Shown: piece after piece, positions 38,005-38,573 of the stretch
How positions within the stretch are numbered: position 1 is the stretch's first letter
Layout: every line of letters starts with the position of its first letter
Virus record (IMG/VR): IMGVR_UViG_2706794695_000013
DNA from: a virus
Taxonomy: Duplodnaviria; Heunggongvirae; Uroviricota; Caudoviricetes
Reading direction: 5' to 3' (one strand)
Length of the DNA stretch: 38,573 nucleotides
Translations under genes and position numbers: made by a program
Notes under the pieces: generated by a model
Databases searched by the model: none
The model's input: only the letters and a program-made list of their open reading frames with translations
What the model was told of the DNA's origin: nothing

Positions 38005-38573
38005 GATAATTGCAAAGAAAATTCCTTAAGTTTCTGAGATTCTTCCATTTTGCCAATTATACGATTAGCCTCATCCTCGCTTTTACCCTCACTGATCAGC
38101 ATTTCTTTCAGGTCTATAGGCTTACGAGAATTGCCAGGATTGTGCCACTCTGGACAAACGCTTTCTAAATGCGTCATGTTTGCGAGATCAAATCGGTTCA
38201 TATGCCCATACAGAGAATAGATTTCATCTAAAATCCGGATATCTGCACGGCTCAACTCATCAAAGACCTCGTCTGCATCCATTTCCCTCGGATCTGAACG
38301 CAACAACACATCATGCCCGTTCGTCTCTATCAGGTTGTACCAGTAGTCACCAATACCTTCAGCCTTACCACGAATCAAGTTCAGCGTATTCGACATGACT
38401 GGACCAAATTTCATAGAGTAAAGGCTATCTTCGCCGATCATCCTGCCATGCTTCAAAATCGACTTGCGGTTAGACAGATAGAGCAGCTTCATCAATTTCA
38501 GATATGCCATGCGCCCACCTCGCTTAAGAAGTAGGTATGCAGCCATTTGAGCTACTTTTTCTTCGCAAAACAT
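38001..38573 (-). CDS. Panacea-domain (DUF4065, SocA/GepA-like) protein, candidate antitoxin; N-terminus may extend beyond the window
   Basis: VAQMAAYLLLKRGGRMAYLKLMKLLYLSNRK...SMKFGPVMSNTLNLI fits the Panacea pattern (T-x-LKL-x-KLLY ... F-x-A-x2-GPV); ORF begins at the last base of the window. Confidence 0.6.
   Translation of the reverse strand: MFCEEKVAQMAAYLLLKRGGRMAYLKLMKLLYLSNRKSILKHGRMIGEDSLYSMKFGPVMSNTLNLIRGKAEGIGDYWYNLIETNGHDVLLRSDPREMDADEVFDELSRADIRILDEIYSLYGHMNRFDLANMTHLESVCPEWHNPGNSRKPIDLKEMLISEGKSEDEANRIIGKMEESQKLKEFSLQLS

Larger units (their letters stand above)
1..38573. mobile_element. Lambdoid prophage, nearly complete; integrase and att sites lie outside the window
   Basis: Collinear lambda-like gene order (cI/cro, O-like, nin-region genes, Q-like, lysis cassette, cos, Nu1-A-W-B, head, Z-U-V-G-T-H-M-L-K-I-J, lom, stf), recognised from translated ORFs by recall of lambda proteins. 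Confidence 0.9.

Noticed and set aside
1-38573. CRISPR arrays, rRNA or tRNA genes, integrase and att sites
   Set aside because: No short regularly spaced direct repeats, no tRNA-like conserved stems and no tyrosine or serine recombinase ORF were found; integrase and attachment sites presumably lie outside the window.

Overview
This window is almost entirely one lambdoid (lambda-like) prophage of an enterobacterial (E. coli-type) genome, read from the translated ORFs by recall of lambda-family proteins; no database search was run. The minus strand carries, from high to low coordinate: Cro-like gene, three unknown early genes, O-like replication initiator with internal iterons, PerC-like regulator, Dam-type methylase, LexA-like DNA-binding protein, RusA, KilA-N protein, DUF968 protein, Q-like antiterminator, an AT-rich lipoprotein moron, a second DNA methylase, pinholin, SAR endolysin, Rz/Rz1, a cos-like site, terminase Nu1/A, W, portal, a protease-capsid fusion, and the lambda tail set Z-U-V-G/T-H-M-L-K-I-J, then lom and a partial side tail fiber gene. 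The plus strand carries a CI-type repressor and early-left accessory genes. No integrase, att site, tRNA, rRNA, CRISPR or stx genes were seen. Three N runs (1445-1694, 8662-8722, 23729-23739) are assembly gaps that interrupt stf, L and the holin. The best candidates for undescribed biology are the accessory cassettes: an AT-rich membrane-protein gene (36.2-37.0 kb), a Panacea-like antitoxin/139-aa/57-aa operon at the window edge (37.4-38.6 kb), a YfdP/YfdQ-like pair, an ORF-free 640-nt leader after the PL-like promoter, three unknown genes between cro and O, and the lipoprotein moron flanked by a duplicated terminator. Non-CDS coordinates are hand-counted and may be off by 1-2 nt.
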